DNA from: Microcoleus sp.
GTDB taxonomy: Bacteria; Cyanobacteriota; Cyanobacteriia; Cyanobacteriales; Microcoleaceae
Assembly (NCBI GenBank): GCA_052279835.1
Contig: CP181291.1
Location: forward strand, 32,001 to 96,000
Direction of reading: 5' to 3'
Length of the DNA: 64,000 bases
Part shown: piece after piece, positions 38,745-50,036 of the stretch
Layout: every line of letters begins with the position of its first letter
Position numbering within the stretch: the first letter of the stretch is position 1
The notes under the pieces: generated by a model
Told to the model about the DNA's origin: nothing
Database searches by the model: none
What the model saw: the letters and a program-made list of their open reading frames with translations, nothing else
Translations under genes and position numbers: made by a program

Positions 38745-40676
38745 CTATCGAAAAGCTGTTCTCGGAACTCTAGCTAGTTGGTAAGCACCACGAGTATCCA
38801 GCAGTTGATATTCATTTGGCTGCAATCCAAATTTCACAAATTTGTCTGGATATCCTAAAACCAAAATAGACGGAGAACTTTGATTTTTAGATTCTTCAAT
38901 GTAGTCGATCGCACCTTTGGGCAGTCGGTAATAAGTCACCGGTAAATGCGAATAAAAAACTACACTAGGTTTGGCAAAACCAATCATCATAAACTCTTCC
39001 CCAGGCAATTTTTGTTGAACGGCAACCCGTGCTAATTCTCGCAGAGGTAACTGACGGTTGAGATCGACTAAATTGTAGGCGGGAGTTAAACCAAAGATGA
39101 TAAATGCTACCAATCCGATGAAGTTAGCAACCAAAATCCAGCGTTGCTGCCGCTGCCATAGTAAAAGAGCGATCGCCACCGCCGTAACTATCCAAATCCC
39201 ACCGCCGACAATCAACAAACCAGACTCTTGAAGTGCTTGGGGAAAATTTGGCATAGCTGGATCGTCTCCTAGCCAGTGGTAGGAGTATAAAGTTGCTCCA
39301 GCGATGATTAATAAAAATACGACATTGACAACGTAGGTAATTAATAGTCCTCTGGGTAAAGAATTCGGTGGTGTTTCTAACTTTCCCCGCCTGGTTTCTG
39401 TTGCTTTTTCTGCAATGATATCGCTCCACAACAGCGTTACCAAAATCGCCGAGGCAGGCATTAAAGGCAATACATAACTGGGCAATTTGGTCACGGCGAT
39501 CGTGAAAAAGCCAAAAATGCAGAGGAACCAAAACATGGCAAATAAACTTAACTGTGCCGATCGAGGTTGACGTCGCCAGTAAGTACGCTGCCAAAAACGG
39601 GTGCGGGCGATCGCCACGGGCAAATAAATCGACCAAGGCGCAAAACCCACTAACACTACAAAAAAGTAAAAATACCAAGGTGCCGAGTGTCGATTCACAA
39701 CTCCAGTAAAACGCTGGAAATTGTGATATCCAAAAAAGCTGTCAATATAAGTTTCACCGTTGGCTAAAATAACCAGAATGTACCAAGGTAGGGCGATCGC
39801 CAGAATAATTAAGATTCCAGACACCGGACGCATTTCCCGCCAAAGTTGTCGAAAATTACCTAAATAAAGGCTGAAGCAACCAATAATCAGGGCTGGCAAC
39901 ACAATTCCCACAGGGCCCTTAGTCAAAATTGCTAAGGCAATTAGTACATAAAAAGAGAGATACCACGGATTGGGAAATCGGGAAGCAGAAACGGTGGAAA
40001 ATTCTGCCGATTGCTTCTTTTCTTCTAGGGTATATCCCAGGAAAAAGGTGAGGAGTGCCGAACACATACAGCCGGTAAGGAGCATATCTGAAACCCCAGT
40101 CCTTCCCCAGGCAATAGTTTCGGGATTTAATGCTATGAGGGCAGCACCAATCCAAGGTGCAGAAAGAAACAGAGGAATACCCCCAGAGGAGGAGAGGGGG
40201 AAATTATGGGGAGAGTCAGAGAATTTTTCTTCTGCCTCATTCCTGATGACTTCTGCCTCATTCCTGATGACTTGTGACCACGATTGGGATAGGGTATAGA
40301 ATCCCAGACAGGTGATACATATTCCCGCTAGGGCCGAGGGAATACGGACAGCCCATTCGTTAACGCCGATCGCCCGATAGGCCAGCGCCATCAGCCAGTA
40401 AACCAACGGTGGCTTGTCAAACCTGGTATCGCCGTTAAAATAGGGGGTGATGAAATCACCAGTGACGGTCATTTGGCGAGCGGCTTCAGCAAACAACGGT
40501 TCGGTTTCGTCAACTAAACCAATATTGCCCAGATTCCAGAGAAAAGCCACCCCAGCGATCGCGCACAGCCATAATAGGGATAACAGCAAAGGTGCGATCG
40601 AGTGCTTCCTTTGATATTCTGACGAACTTTTAATAACTTCCTTCACCCGAAACTTCCTGCGATTTGAGATTTTCAA
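38745..40676 (-). CDS. ArnT/PMT-family (GT39/83) glycosyltransferase
   Basis: DETE..FAEAARQM..GD, FDKPPL.YW, LTKGPVG, TKLPSYVLP. Confidence 0.92.
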   Translation of the reverse strand: MKISNRRKFRVKEVIKSSSEYQRKHSIAPLLLSLLWLCAIAGVAFLWNLGNIGLVDETEPLFAEAARQMTVTGDFITPYFNGDTRFDKPPLVYWLMALAYRAIGVNEWAVRIPSALAGICITCLGFYTLSQSWSQVIRNEAEVIRNEAEEKFSDSPHNFPLSSSGGIPLFLSAPWIGAALIALNPETIAWGRTGVSDMLLTGCMCSALLTFFLGYTLEEKKQSAEFSTVSASRFPNPWYLSFYVLIALAILTKGPVGIVLPALIIGCFSLYLGNFRQLWREMRPVSGILIILAIALPWYILVILANGETYIDSFFGYHNFQRFTGVVNRHSAPWYFYFFVVLVGFAPWSIYLPVAIARTRFWQRTYWRRQPRSAQLSLFAMFWFLCIFGFFTIAVTKLPSYVLPLMPASAILVTLLWSDIIAEKATETRRGKLETPPNSLPRGLLITYVVNVVFLLIIAGATLYSYHWLGDDPAMPNFPQALQESGLLIVGGGIWIVTAVAIALLLWQRQQRWILVANFIGLVAFIIFGLTPAYNLVDLNRQLPLRELARVAVQQKLPGEEFMMIGFAKPSVVFYSHLPVTYYRLPKGAIDYIEESKNQSSPSILVLGYPDKFVKFGLQPNEYQLLDTRGAYQLARVPRTAFR

Positions 40677-40862
40677 TTTTAGCCCGCTCTCAAGTTTATC
40701 GAAAGATTCGCCTTCTCAAGACTAGAAATTATATCAAATCAAGTTAAATAAACCCCAGATTTCTAGGGAAACGGAAGGGGCTGTTGCTATCAACCATCCC
40801 CCTGGGCCTAGAAAAATCTAGTTTAGAGCCTTTACTGCTCGTCCGTTCCCAGATTTCTCCGG

Positions 40863-42713
40863 TCAATTCATTTTTCGTGGCAATTCGATCCGAAATGTGG
40901 AACCTTTTCCTACTTGACTTTCTACTGTAAGTGTGCTGTTCATCATTTGTGCCAAAGACGCACTAATGGCTAGTCCTAAACCAATGCCGGGATATTGGCG
41001 ACTGGTAGTTCGATCGGCTTGGTGGAACTTGTCAAAAATATGTGGTAATTCGGCTTCGCTGATCCCAATTCCTGTATCAGTGACCTTGATAATTAGTCGA
41101 TCGAGGCTTAGTTCTCGCACAGAAATGCCAATGTTTCCCTGATGAGTAAATTTAATCGCATTGGACATGAGATTCACCAAAAGTTGCCGCAAGCGCGACT
41201 GATCGTGAACTATCAATCGCTCCTGCAAACACACGCTGACAGACAGGGACAAATTTTTGTCTGTAACCTGATTTCCAAATTCCAGGGCGGTAGCGATTAC
41301 CAACTGGGCTAAATCAAATTCGGCTATTTCTAATTTAGTCCCACAAGTCTCCATTTTCGAGATATCGAGGATATCGTTAATCAGCAATAGCAGATTTTTA
41401 CCATTATTAAAAATACGCCCCACAAAATCTCTTTGCTGAGGAGTCAGTAGTTGTTTTTCCTGGCGTAGCAGCAATTGTGAAAAACCGATAATTGCATTCA
41501 TGGGAGTTCGCAATTCATGGGACATAGTTGTCAAAAATTGCGATTTTAACTTGGCTGCTTCTAGCAGTTGCAATTTTTGCTGTTGAATGAGGCAACTTTG
41601 CTTTTCTAATTCTGCTTGCTGGCGAAGTAAGAGCTGATTTTGTAAGTCTAAAAGCTGTTCCTGTTTTTGCTTAATTTCGATCGCCTGCGCGCTATGAATC
41701 GCGATCGCAGCTTGTCTGCCGATCGCCCCCAGCAGTTGCATAGTTGCATCGTCAATAGCTTGGCTATCTTGCCAATTACCGATCGCCAACACCCCCAAAC
41801 GCCCTGTTGGCAAAGACTCGATCGCCACTGCACAAGCAGCAGGCACTTCTGCGCCGGACTCCTGGGATGACAATTGAGACTTTCCCGTAGCAAAGGCTTG
41901 GGATAGCAGGGCATCTTGCACGTACAGGGTTTTACCCCCAGCAAATTTTTCCGCCCCAGTGACTGCACTTAACTGGAGGCTGTGGTTATCGTCGCAGTTG
42001 GGGAGGGCCACCAAGCAAAATTGAGCCTCGGCGATCGTCTCAACTACCGCATCCGCTATGGCTTGGAAGAGTTCGCACAGGCTTACCGCCGGCTGGTGCA
42101 ACAGATTTGTAAACCGTTCCACAACTTGCAAATGGTGCTGCTGCGCATCTTTAGCCACGCTGGTTGCATTCAAGTTTTCTGCTGTCTCGCTAGCTTTGGA
42201 GTCCGGAAAACTCTTGAGAGATACTGGTTCTGCTTCCTGCCTTTCTTGAGTTTGCTTGAACCCATCTATATCTGTATAGGTTCCCACCCACTCTAAAACT
42301 CCCTCGCCGAGGGTGGGGACGCGGGAAAATTTGGCTAGGTTCCATCGGTAAATACCCGATCGCGTCCTGAGCCGCAATTCTATTTCATAATTAGAGTCTA
42401 GGCTCGCAGTCTGCCCCGATCGCCAGGGGAAGCGAGCTCTGTCTTCTGGATGAACTGACTCCAGATAGCCGAAATCCAAGGCTGCTGTGGCGGGTACTCC
42501 TGTATACTCTTCCCAGGCACGGTTCAAATAAGTCACCGCCCCATCAGCATTTGCTTGCCAAATTATGTGAGGAATGGTCTTTAACAGGCGATCGAGCTGA
42601 TGCTCCCAAGAGTTAACAGGTGGTTGCCCTGGTGTTATTTCCGCTGCCCTATGGGAACTTTCCAGGTCGAAAAAGTCCGAAGAAAAAGAGTGCTTTCCGT
42701 AATAGTGAGTCAT
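40863..42713 (-). CDS. PAS-GAF sensor histidine kinase
   Basis: VHPEDR (PAS), MSHELRTPMNAI, NAIKFT, DTGIG, GLGL. Confidence 0.95.
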   Translation of the reverse strand: MTHYYGKHSFSSDFFDLESSHRAAEITPGQPPVNSWEHQLDRLLKTIPHIIWQANADGAVTYLNRAWEEYTGVPATAALDFGYLESVHPEDRARFPWRSGQTASLDSNYEIELRLRTRSGIYRWNLAKFSRVPTLGEGVLEWVGTYTDIDGFKQTQERQEAEPVSLKSFPDSKASETAENLNATSVAKDAQQHHLQVVERFTNLLHQPAVSLCELFQAIADAVVETIAEAQFCLVALPNCDDNHSLQLSAVTGAEKFAGGKTLYVQDALLSQAFATGKSQLSSQESGAEVPAACAVAIESLPTGRLGVLAIGNWQDSQAIDDATMQLLGAIGRQAAIAIHSAQAIEIKQKQEQLLDLQNQLLLRQQAELEKQSCLIQQQKLQLLEAAKLKSQFLTTMSHELRTPMNAIIGFSQLLLRQEKQLLTPQQRDFVGRIFNNGKNLLLLINDILDISKMETCGTKLEIAEFDLAQLVIATALEFGNQVTDKNLSLSVSVCLQERLIVHDQSRLRQLLVNLMSNAIKFTHQGNIGISVRELSLDRLIIKVTDTGIGISEAELPHIFDKFHQADRTTSRQYPGIGLGLAISASLAQMMNSTLTVESQVGKGSTFRIELPRKMN

Positions 42714-43108
42714 AATTACATTTTATAAATAAGAGTCGAGGGTTAGCGCTCAAACCAAATAAATAGTCCGGCTGCTAGCTCCATCAATTTTGATTGCCTT
42801 AGTGCATCAAAAGTTTTTATATATCAAATTTATCCAGTCACGGAACTGTTTACATCTATCAAGGGGCGGACAAAGGGATAATTTAATCCGATGGTGAAAA
42901 CGTGGAGAGCCTACCTGTCCCCATAGCGTGAATCAGATGGTGCAGCCAAATTACTTAACAATTAATTTGCAATTGTGCGATTCCCTGAGTATGCTGGAAC
43001 AAGATAGGCGATCGGGCTAACCCGATGGTCGATCGCATTCTCAAATCGAGTCTGTTAGCTGAGTCATTTGGCTATATTTAAAAATTTCAGCAGGGCATTA
43101 GAAAAAAA

Positions 43109-43831
43109 ATGAGTAAAATTCGCGTTGCTTTGATCGAAGACCATGACCTAACCAGAGTTGGTATCCGTACAGCTTTACAACAGAGTGATACCATAGAAGT
43201 TGTGGGGGATGCCGCGAATGCGACAGAGGGATTGAAACTGCTTGAGTCTTCCAAACCTGATGTGGCCATTGTAGATATTGGGTTGCCGGATTTTGACGGA
43301 ATTGAACTGACCCAAAAATTCAAAAAAGCGATCGTTCCAGACTCCGATCCAGACACAAAGGTTTTGATTCTGACTTTTCAGGACAATGAAGAAGAAGTCC
43401 TGGCAGCGTTTGCCGCCGGAGCTGACTCTTACTGCATGAAAGATATCAGTTTTGACCAGTTGTTAGATGTGGTCAAAGTCACTCACGAAGGCCAGTCTTG
43501 GATTGACCCGGCGATCGCTCGTATAGTCCTGAAACAAGCTCGCACTAAGGAGTCTGCCCCGGAAGAACAAAAATCTGAGGGTAAAAAAGTTACAATTAAA
43601 GCTGCGGAACCAGAGTTTACTCACATTATTGAAACTTACCCTTTGACCGGGCGGGAATTAGAAGTTTTGGAGCTAATTGTGCAGGGCTATAGCAATGCTG
43701 CTATTGCGGAAAAACTTTACATTACTGTGGGCACTGTCAAAACTCATGTCCGCAATATTTTGAACAAATTGTGCGCTGATGACCGCACTCAAGCTGCTGT
43801 TCTAGCCCTTCGTTCTGGCTTGGTTGGATGA
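43109..43831 (+). CDS. NarL/LuxR family response regulator
   Basis: Receiver domain (IEDH, VDIGLP) plus LTGRELEVL..TVKTHVRNIL. Confidence 0.95.
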   Translation: MSKIRVALIEDHDLTRVGIRTALQQSDTIEVVGDAANATEGLKLLESSKPDVAIVDIGLPDFDGIELTQKFKKAIVPDSDPDTKVLILTFQDNEEEVLAAFAAGADSYCMKDISFDQLLDVVKVTHEGQSWIDPAIARIVLKQARTKESAPEEQKSEGKKVTIKAAEPEFTHIIETYPLTGRELEVLELIVQGYSNAAIAEKLYITVGTVKTHVRNILNKLCADDRTQAAVLALRSGLVG

Positions 43832-44268
43832 AGAGTAATTGGTCTGAAGTAGGTCGTTTTAATTAAACGTAAAAAACTTCTATTTTAAAACCCCGACTTG
43901 TTTAATCAGTCGGGGTTCTGCGTATTATTTTTTTTGGCAATGCGGTTATATAAACAAGATGAATTAGGGTCAAAAACCAAGTCGCTCGAAAAAATAGAAA
44001 ATTCTCAAACAGAAATTTACGCATCAAAGCAGTTTCGGGTCACGAAGTTTTCAAGTCATGAACAATTGTCAGGCATCTATCCTTGTGGATAACTTTAAAT
44101 TCATACTTTTTTAAGTAAATACACCTTAAGATAGATGCGGAATAATTACTCATACAAAAAACCAAGAGGGAAGAGGGTGCTGCGACGGAGTTTATCCTGC
44201 CCTTCGACCCTTCTATTTCGCTCAGGAACCGAATCCGACTGTCCACTGTCAATTGTCAACACTTATTA

Positions 44269-46929
44269 CTAATTGCAGTTGGGACTACAAGTCAATTTCC
44301 ATTCTCTATTTTCCATGCACAATTGGGTTGTCGCTATCACAGATAGTGGCTTGCTAAAGAAGTAACCTTGAGCCATATCGCACTTGAGGGAATGCAAAAA
44401 TTCCAACTGTTCTGGGGTTTCCACTCCCTCAGCAATTACTTCTAAATTCAATCCCTGTCCCAAGGCGATCGCCACTTTCACAATAGCAGCACCGCTGGCA
44501 CCATTCATCAAATCTGCCACGAAGGAGCGATCGATTTTTAAATTGTTCAGTGGTAGGTGTTTGAGAGACCACAAAGAAGAATAACCAGTGCCAAAATCGT
44601 CTAGAGAAATCCGAATTCCCATTTGCTGCAACTGCTCCAATACAGACACCGTAAATTTTACATCTGTCATGGCAATGCTTTCGGTAATTTCTATTTCTAA
44701 ATACTCTGGATCTAGGCCAGTTTCCGATAAGATTTTAGCGATTGTTTGTACAGTGTTATGTTGCTGAAACTGACGGGCAGATAAATTGACAGCTACCCGC
44801 ATTGGTGGCAGTCCCATTAACTGCCATTCTCGATTTTGAAGGCAAGCAGTTCGCAGCACCCATTCGTCAATCTGGCAGATTAATCCTGTTTCCTCAGCTA
44901 AGGGAATAAATCGATCTGGACCCATCAAACCGCGATCGGGATGCTCCCAACGAACTAAAGCTTCTAGGGCGACTATTTTGCCACTATTTATATCTATTTG
45001 TGGCTGGTAGTAGAGCAAAAATTCTGAATTTTCTAGAGCTCGGTAAAGATTATTTTCTAATACCAGACGCTCCGATGCTTTGTTGCCGATCGCTCTGGTA
45101 TAAAACTGATAATTATTCCGACCTTTCTGTTTCGCTTTGTACATAGCAGCATCGGCGTTTTTCAGCAAAGTTTCGGCATCTTCGCCATCGTAGGGAGCCA
45201 AAGCAATTCCCAAGCTGGCTTTGATATAAAGTTCCTGCTCATCAAAGTGAAAAGGAGTACATAAACTGTGGAGAATCTGCTGGCAAGTATCAATGGCATC
45301 CTGGGCGCTGCTAATATTGTACAGCAGTAAAGTAAATTCATCTCCGCCCCAACGGGCAATGGAATCGCCCACGCGCAAACAATTGGTTAAGCGCCAAGAT
45401 ACTGCTTGGAGTAACTGGTCGCCTACAGCATGACCAAGGGTATCGTTAACATTTTTAAAACCATCCAAATCAAGAAATATCACGGCCAACATTTCGGCGT
45501 TTTGGTGAGCGTTAACTACAGCTAGGGACAGTTGTTCGTTAAACAGCAATTTGTTAGCTAAACCTGTTAGTTGGTCGTGGGAAGCTTGATGTCGAATCAT
45601 TGCTTCTACGCGCCTTTGCATTGCCGCCATATAAAGATGAGTTGCCAAGGATTTTGCTAGCTTCAGTTCATCAGTCTTCCAGTTTCTACCTTGTTGTTTT
45701 TTTATTTCTTTCCAGGCTGCAAATGACTTTCTGGGACGGTCGTTTCTTGCCTGGGAATCACACTGTCCAGCCCATAAAGTTTCTGTTTCTATTTCACTGC
45801 GAAATATGGTAAGACAGCCGATGCACTGATCTCGATATTGCAGTGGCACTGCCAGCATTGACCGGATAGAAACTTCCAGAAAAGATGAAGATAAAGATTT
45901 AAGTTTAGGTGCTTGAGAAATATCGGAAATCGCATATAATTGGGGGATTATATAATTAGTAATTGTTAAACCTTTTCCCTGGTAGTTGTCTCTGGAAATA
46001 TCGGGAAAAATCCCAGGATTTTCCGGATCAATTTCCTCATTTATTTCGACTATTAATGATTGTTTCAAACCCATTATCTCTTGCCAAAACTGGCTTTTTT
46101 CTAGTTCTAAATGCTGTGGCTGTTGACCGCAGGTATAAAGTTCCGCTGGCCAATTCACTCCTTCGGGGGCAATGTACAATCTACCGCCACAACCTGCTAA
46201 AGATTTGACGGTTTGTTCTAGGACTGTGTGTCTAATTTCTGTCAATTCTAGGGGAGAGTGGAGCAAACTGCTAATTTGGTTGACAATGGCTTCATCGCGA
46301 GCTTGCTGTCGAGCTTGACTGAGCAGAAAAGATTGGGCGATCGCAATTGACAGTTGATCCACAAGCAATTGCACAATTTTTAATTCTCGATCGCTAAACC
46401 GTTTCGGTTGCGTGTGATGACAAGCCAAGATCCCCCAAAGCTGATTTTGATGCAAAATCGGCACGGTGAGGGAAGAATGGACACCCATCGTCCTCAGATA
46501 TTCTATGTGACACGGGTCTACCTTAGCATAGCGAATATCTTCAGCCGCTAAAGTTTTTCCTGTTTCGGGACAATCTAATCGATTAATTGTTTGATGATTC
46601 AATCCGACATCTATAATTACTCGCTGTCTAGCTTTGACAAACATTTCGCGAGCGGTTTTGGGAATGTCGGTTGCTGGAAAATGTAAGCCCAGCAGTGACG
46701 GCAAATTATTGTCCTTAATCGACTCAGCAATTACCTCACCGCTGCCATCAGGTTCAAACCGATAAATTTTTACCCGATCGCTCTCTAACAAGTTACCGAG
46801 TTCTTTTACGGTTGTCATCAAAATCTCTTGCAGTTCTAAAGAGTGTCGGATGCGAGTAGTAATTCTGTTGAGTAAACTCTCCTCTTCCACAGCCGATCTG
46901 GACATTTTTATAATTCTTTTTCGAGCCAT
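44269..46929 (-). CDS. Cph2-like knotless phytochrome: GAF-GAF/PHY-GGDEF-EAL
   Basis: HFPATDIP, DPCHIEY, WAG..PRKSF, GGDEF, EALVRW, DDFGTGYSS. Confidence 0.9.
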   Translation of the reverse strand: MARKRIIKMSRSAVEEESLLNRITTRIRHSLELQEILMTTVKELGNLLESDRVKIYRFEPDGSGEVIAESIKDNNLPSLLGLHFPATDIPKTAREMFVKARQRVIIDVGLNHQTINRLDCPETGKTLAAEDIRYAKVDPCHIEYLRTMGVHSSLTVPILHQNQLWGILACHHTQPKRFSDRELKIVQLLVDQLSIAIAQSFLLSQARQQARDEAIVNQISSLLHSPLELTEIRHTVLEQTVKSLAGCGGRLYIAPEGVNWPAELYTCGQQPQHLELEKSQFWQEIMGLKQSLIVEINEEIDPENPGIFPDISRDNYQGKGLTITNYIIPQLYAISDISQAPKLKSLSSSFLEVSIRSMLAVPLQYRDQCIGCLTIFRSEIETETLWAGQCDSQARNDRPRKSFAAWKEIKKQQGRNWKTDELKLAKSLATHLYMAAMQRRVEAMIRHQASHDQLTGLANKLLFNEQLSLAVVNAHQNAEMLAVIFLDLDGFKNVNDTLGHAVGDQLLQAVSWRLTNCLRVGDSIARWGGDEFTLLLYNISSAQDAIDTCQQILHSLCTPFHFDEQELYIKASLGIALAPYDGEDAETLLKNADAAMYKAKQKGRNNYQFYTRAIGNKASERLVLENNLYRALENSEFLLYYQPQIDINSGKIVALEALVRWEHPDRGLMGPDRFIPLAEETGLICQIDEWVLRTACLQNREWQLMGLPPMRVAVNLSARQFQQHNTVQTIAKILSETGLDPEYLEIEITESIAMTDVKFTVSVLEQLQQMGIRISLDDFGTGYSSLWSLKHLPLNNLKIDRSFVADLMNGASGAAIVKVAIALGQGLNLEVIAEGVETPEQLEFLHSLKCDMAQGYFFSKPLSVIATTQLCMENREWKLTCSPNCN

Positions 46930-47336
46930 TTTTTTTGATCCCCAAGGCTGATAATAGCATTTTTGCGAGCTATTATCCTAACTCGCAATCTATTACAGAA
47001 TATAACAATCTAAGCAATATAAGCAATACTGACTACATAATAGTATTATGTTGTATCAATATCAATAATTTTTCTAGTGATGTTACAGAGGTTAAGTTCT
47101 GTAAAGGGAAGGGAGCGAGAGTACAGGCTCATCCTTGAAAACAGATGAAAATATAGCCTTTCTCACTTAGGTCAGATACACCAGGTCCTGGGCAAGAGCT
47201 AATGGTGAGGTGCGTACTTTACTTTCTTGAGAAAGGCTATAGTCTGATTTAAACCTCGGAAGTTAGGGCAGTGGAAAACTTGGGAATCTAGATAATGCTT
47301 TAGGTCTTTGGCTGGCATACTTTACAAGGAAATGGA

Positions 47337-47840
47337 ATGAATGTTGAGTTAAATTTATGTTATAGGATAAGTAAAATTACACAGAAACTGCCTGAGTCGG
47401 CATTTATGAATTACCCCAACTGGAATCTGAATTTAGAATATTCGTTTGCTAAGAGCGATCGACTGCTGGTTGATCAACGTCCCTTAGTCTTAGCTATAGA
47501 CGACAATCACGACAACTTAGAGCTGCTAGCACAAATACTCGATTTATTTGGTTACGAGTGCGTCAGAGCCCTAGACGGTCGCACAGCTCTTTCCGTAGCA
47601 GTTTCCCGACCACCCGACCTAATTTTGCTAGACATTTGTTTACCGGATATCGACGGTATAGAACTGATGAGCCGTCTCAAGCAAAATCCACAACTGATAA
47701 ATATTCCGATTATTGCTGTCACAGCACTAGCAAAAACCGAAGACCGCGATCGGATTTTGCAAGCCGGCTGCGTTGCATATATTTCCAAACCTTTTGATAT
47801 CGATCAATTAGAAATAACTATCCATCGCTATCTCAATTAG
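47337..47840 (+). CDS. Single-domain response regulator (start may be 47406)
   Basis: IDDN, LLDICLP, VTA, KPF. Confidence 0.9.
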   Translation: MNVELNLCYRISKITQKLPESAFMNYPNWNLNLEYSFAKSDRLLVDQRPLVLAIDDNHDNLELLAQILDLFGYECVRALDGRTALSVAVSRPPDLILLDICLPDIDGIELMSRLKQNPQLINIPIIAVTALAKTEDRDRILQAGCVAYISKPFDIDQLEITIHRYLN

Positions 47841-48163
47841 AACCAGAACCTGATTGGAAAGGCTGTTTTAGTAGAAAAAATGTAGTCAAACGCACCAAGA
47901 AATATGGAACAACTGATTTATGAAAATATATTTAACTTTTGATAAGCTAATAAATAGTGGCGACATTTTAATAAATGTAACTTGAGGAACATTTTTCAAA
48001 TCATAAAACCAATACGGTAGAAAGATGTTATTCGATCCAGAAAGAGGGAGAATCAGCGTGTATTTATAGAGCAAAGGGAAAACCGCAAACTTAATGCTGG
48101 ATTAAACGGTAATTTCCTGCGTAAAATCGACTTCGCACGAGACCATACTATGGAGTGTTAGAT

Positions 48164-48409
48164 ATGCTGAAACAAATGTGCTGGTTGCCCAGATTGGGAA
48201 GCAATGGAGAAAAAATATTGCACCTACGCACTGAACCCCGCCAACCGTGGCGACCTTATACAGCTTTTCCACAGTACGCTGCATCGGACTACCTAGAACC
48301 GGATGGTTCTAAAGGGTGGGCAACATTTCAAAAACTGAGAACTCAAGGGTGGAATTTACTAGCGAGCGAGGGGCAGCAGTCAGATTTCGGCGAACAAAAA
48401 AGTGCTTGA
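48164..48409 (+). CDS. Small hypothetical protein
   Basis: GGAG RBS; LHLR..P.QPWRPY..SKGWATFQKL..GW. Confidence 0.65.
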   Translation: MLKQMCWLPRLGSNGEKILHLRTEPRQPWRPYTAFPQYAASDYLEPDGSKGWATFQKLRTQGWNLLASEGQQSDFGEQKSA

Positions 48410-48573
48410 AAATTAGAAGTTATGAGTTATGAATTTAACTCATAACATTCTAATGAATAGCTAGAGCGGTTTCTGAGAAGAGACTGGTTTTTCTAACATT
48501 TGATGGCGACAAATGTTATTGCTCCAGCCCGCACTAGAGTGTGGCGCGGACTGGCTTACCCATTAGTTGTAAA

Positions 48574-49431
48574 CTAAGCTGTCACCTTCTCTTTTTCAAC
48601 GCCGACGGTTTCGGTATCCAACACGGGCTGACGAGTTTTCAAGTTAAACCGATATCTGTGAGGGAGAATGTGCAACTTGACCCCACAAACGGCCAAAGCC
48701 TCATCCTTCAACAGACCGTCTAAATTGTCATGGTTTTTTTCTGACTCGTCGATGACTGTGACAGCGCCTTCGCCAATGACTTCGATTTCGTCACCTGTCA
48801 CCACAATAGCTGTATTTTCATCAATCCCAAATCCCAAGACGGCAGGCTGCTGTAGAAGCGCGGAAATTAACCGTCCCAGACGACCTCGCTGGGCGAAATG
48901 CTGATCGATTACTACCCCAGGAAGGAACCCCATTCCGGGTCCCATGGCTACTACATCTACGCGGGGATTTGTCTCGGAGTCTCCTTCAATAATCATCATG
49001 TCTGGCATCATGGCTGCTCCGGCACTTGTACCGCCAATGACAATACCTTCAGAGAAACGTTTGTGAAGAGCTGCATCGAGTTTGGTGTCTTTCAAGCTGC
49101 TAATAATGCGTGCTTGCTCTCCGCCGGTAAAAAATACCCCTGTTGCTTGTTCGATCGCTTCTAAATAATCAGAATTGTTGCTATCTTCCCGGCCCTGGGT
49201 ATCAACAACTCGCACGTCTTCAGCGCCAAGTCGCTCAAACACTCTGATGTAATTATCTCCTACTTCTCCCGGCAGAGTCGTAGCAGCCGTCATCACCACA
49301 ATTCTGGCTTTGATCCCTCCGGCGCGCCGCAAGAATTCTCGCAGAATTTTACAGTCCCCCTCTTTGTCTTCTGCACCGCCAATTATTACTAACTGCCCCC
49401 GATTTTCGCTGCTAGCCATATAGTCTCTCAT
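48574..49431 (-). CDS. cphB: Cyanophycinase (CphB2-like)
   Basis: IIGGAEDK, FTGG, GTSAGA, DQHF..RGR, GIDENT. Confidence 0.95.
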   Translation of the reverse strand: MRDYMASSENRGQLVIIGGAEDKEGDCKILREFLRRAGGIKARIVVMTAATTLPGEVGDNYIRVFERLGAEDVRVVDTQGREDSNNSDYLEAIEQATGVFFTGGEQARIISSLKDTKLDAALHKRFSEGIVIGGTSAGAAMMPDMMIIEGDSETNPRVDVVAMGPGMGFLPGVVIDQHFAQRGRLGRLISALLQQPAVLGFGIDENTAIVVTGDEIEVIGEGAVTVIDESEKNHDNLDGLLKDEALAVCGVKLHILPHRYRFNLKTRQPVLDTETVGVEKEKVTA

Positions 49432-49490
49432 GTTGGTGGATTTATTTTTTAATAAAACATAGAGTTTCTAGACCGCACTACGACCAAAAG

Positions 49491-49504
49491 GTAGATTTTG
49501 ATAC
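49491..49504. promoter_or_regulatory. Possible NtcA site (GTA-N8-TAC)
   Basis: GTAGATTTTGATAC upstream of cphB; no clear -10 at the canonical spacing. Confidence 0.3.
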
Positions 49505-49698
49505 AAAATTTCTGGAGTTAGTAACCACAGGGGGTGAGGGCAGGAGGCAGGAAGTAATCAGACTATGGCTTTGAGCGATCTAGGGTGAAGGATGACTGAC
49601 CATGGGGAGCTATCTCAAAACTCAAACGCCACTGTTTTAGCCCCGATTTCTTGAAGAAGTCGAGGCTGTGGGTGTTCTATTGGGGGATGTTTGTCTGC

Positions 49699-49896
49699 TT
49701 AGTGCGATCGCTCAATCAAATTTCTTAATACCGAGCGTGCCCGTTCTAAAGGTAGGTGTCTGGGTTTGCCATTCCAGACAATCTGGTACTCATTGCTGTT
49801 TTGACTGTCGCCATGACCAGAAATCAGCTTCCGATTAAATGCTTCTTCAGCCAGTTGGTGAACCTCATCTCTGAGAGCAGTCTTTGTGTGATTCAT
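49699..49896 (-). CDS. Small hypothetical protein between cphB and cphA2
   Basis: Purine-rich RBS; MNHTKTALRDEVHQLAEEAF..LISGHGD..EYQIV. Confidence 0.65.
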   Translation of the reverse strand: MNHTKTALRDEVHQLAEEAFNRKLISGHGDSQNSNEYQIVWNGKPRHLPLERARSVLRNLIERSH

Positions 49897-50036
49897 AATT
49901 CTGCTTCCTTCCATGCGCTTTCACAACGATAAATTATTGATTTGGACCACGCACCTCTCAAAAGTTAGAGCTTTTGAAGCCACAAGCTGCTGCTTTAGGC
50001 AGAAGATGTCCCGGAAGAATTGCTGTTAACTGCTAG

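Noticed and set aside
38166..38745. tRNA-Val as an island integration site
   Set aside because: No integrase and no duplicated tRNA 3' end seen; only short repeats follow.
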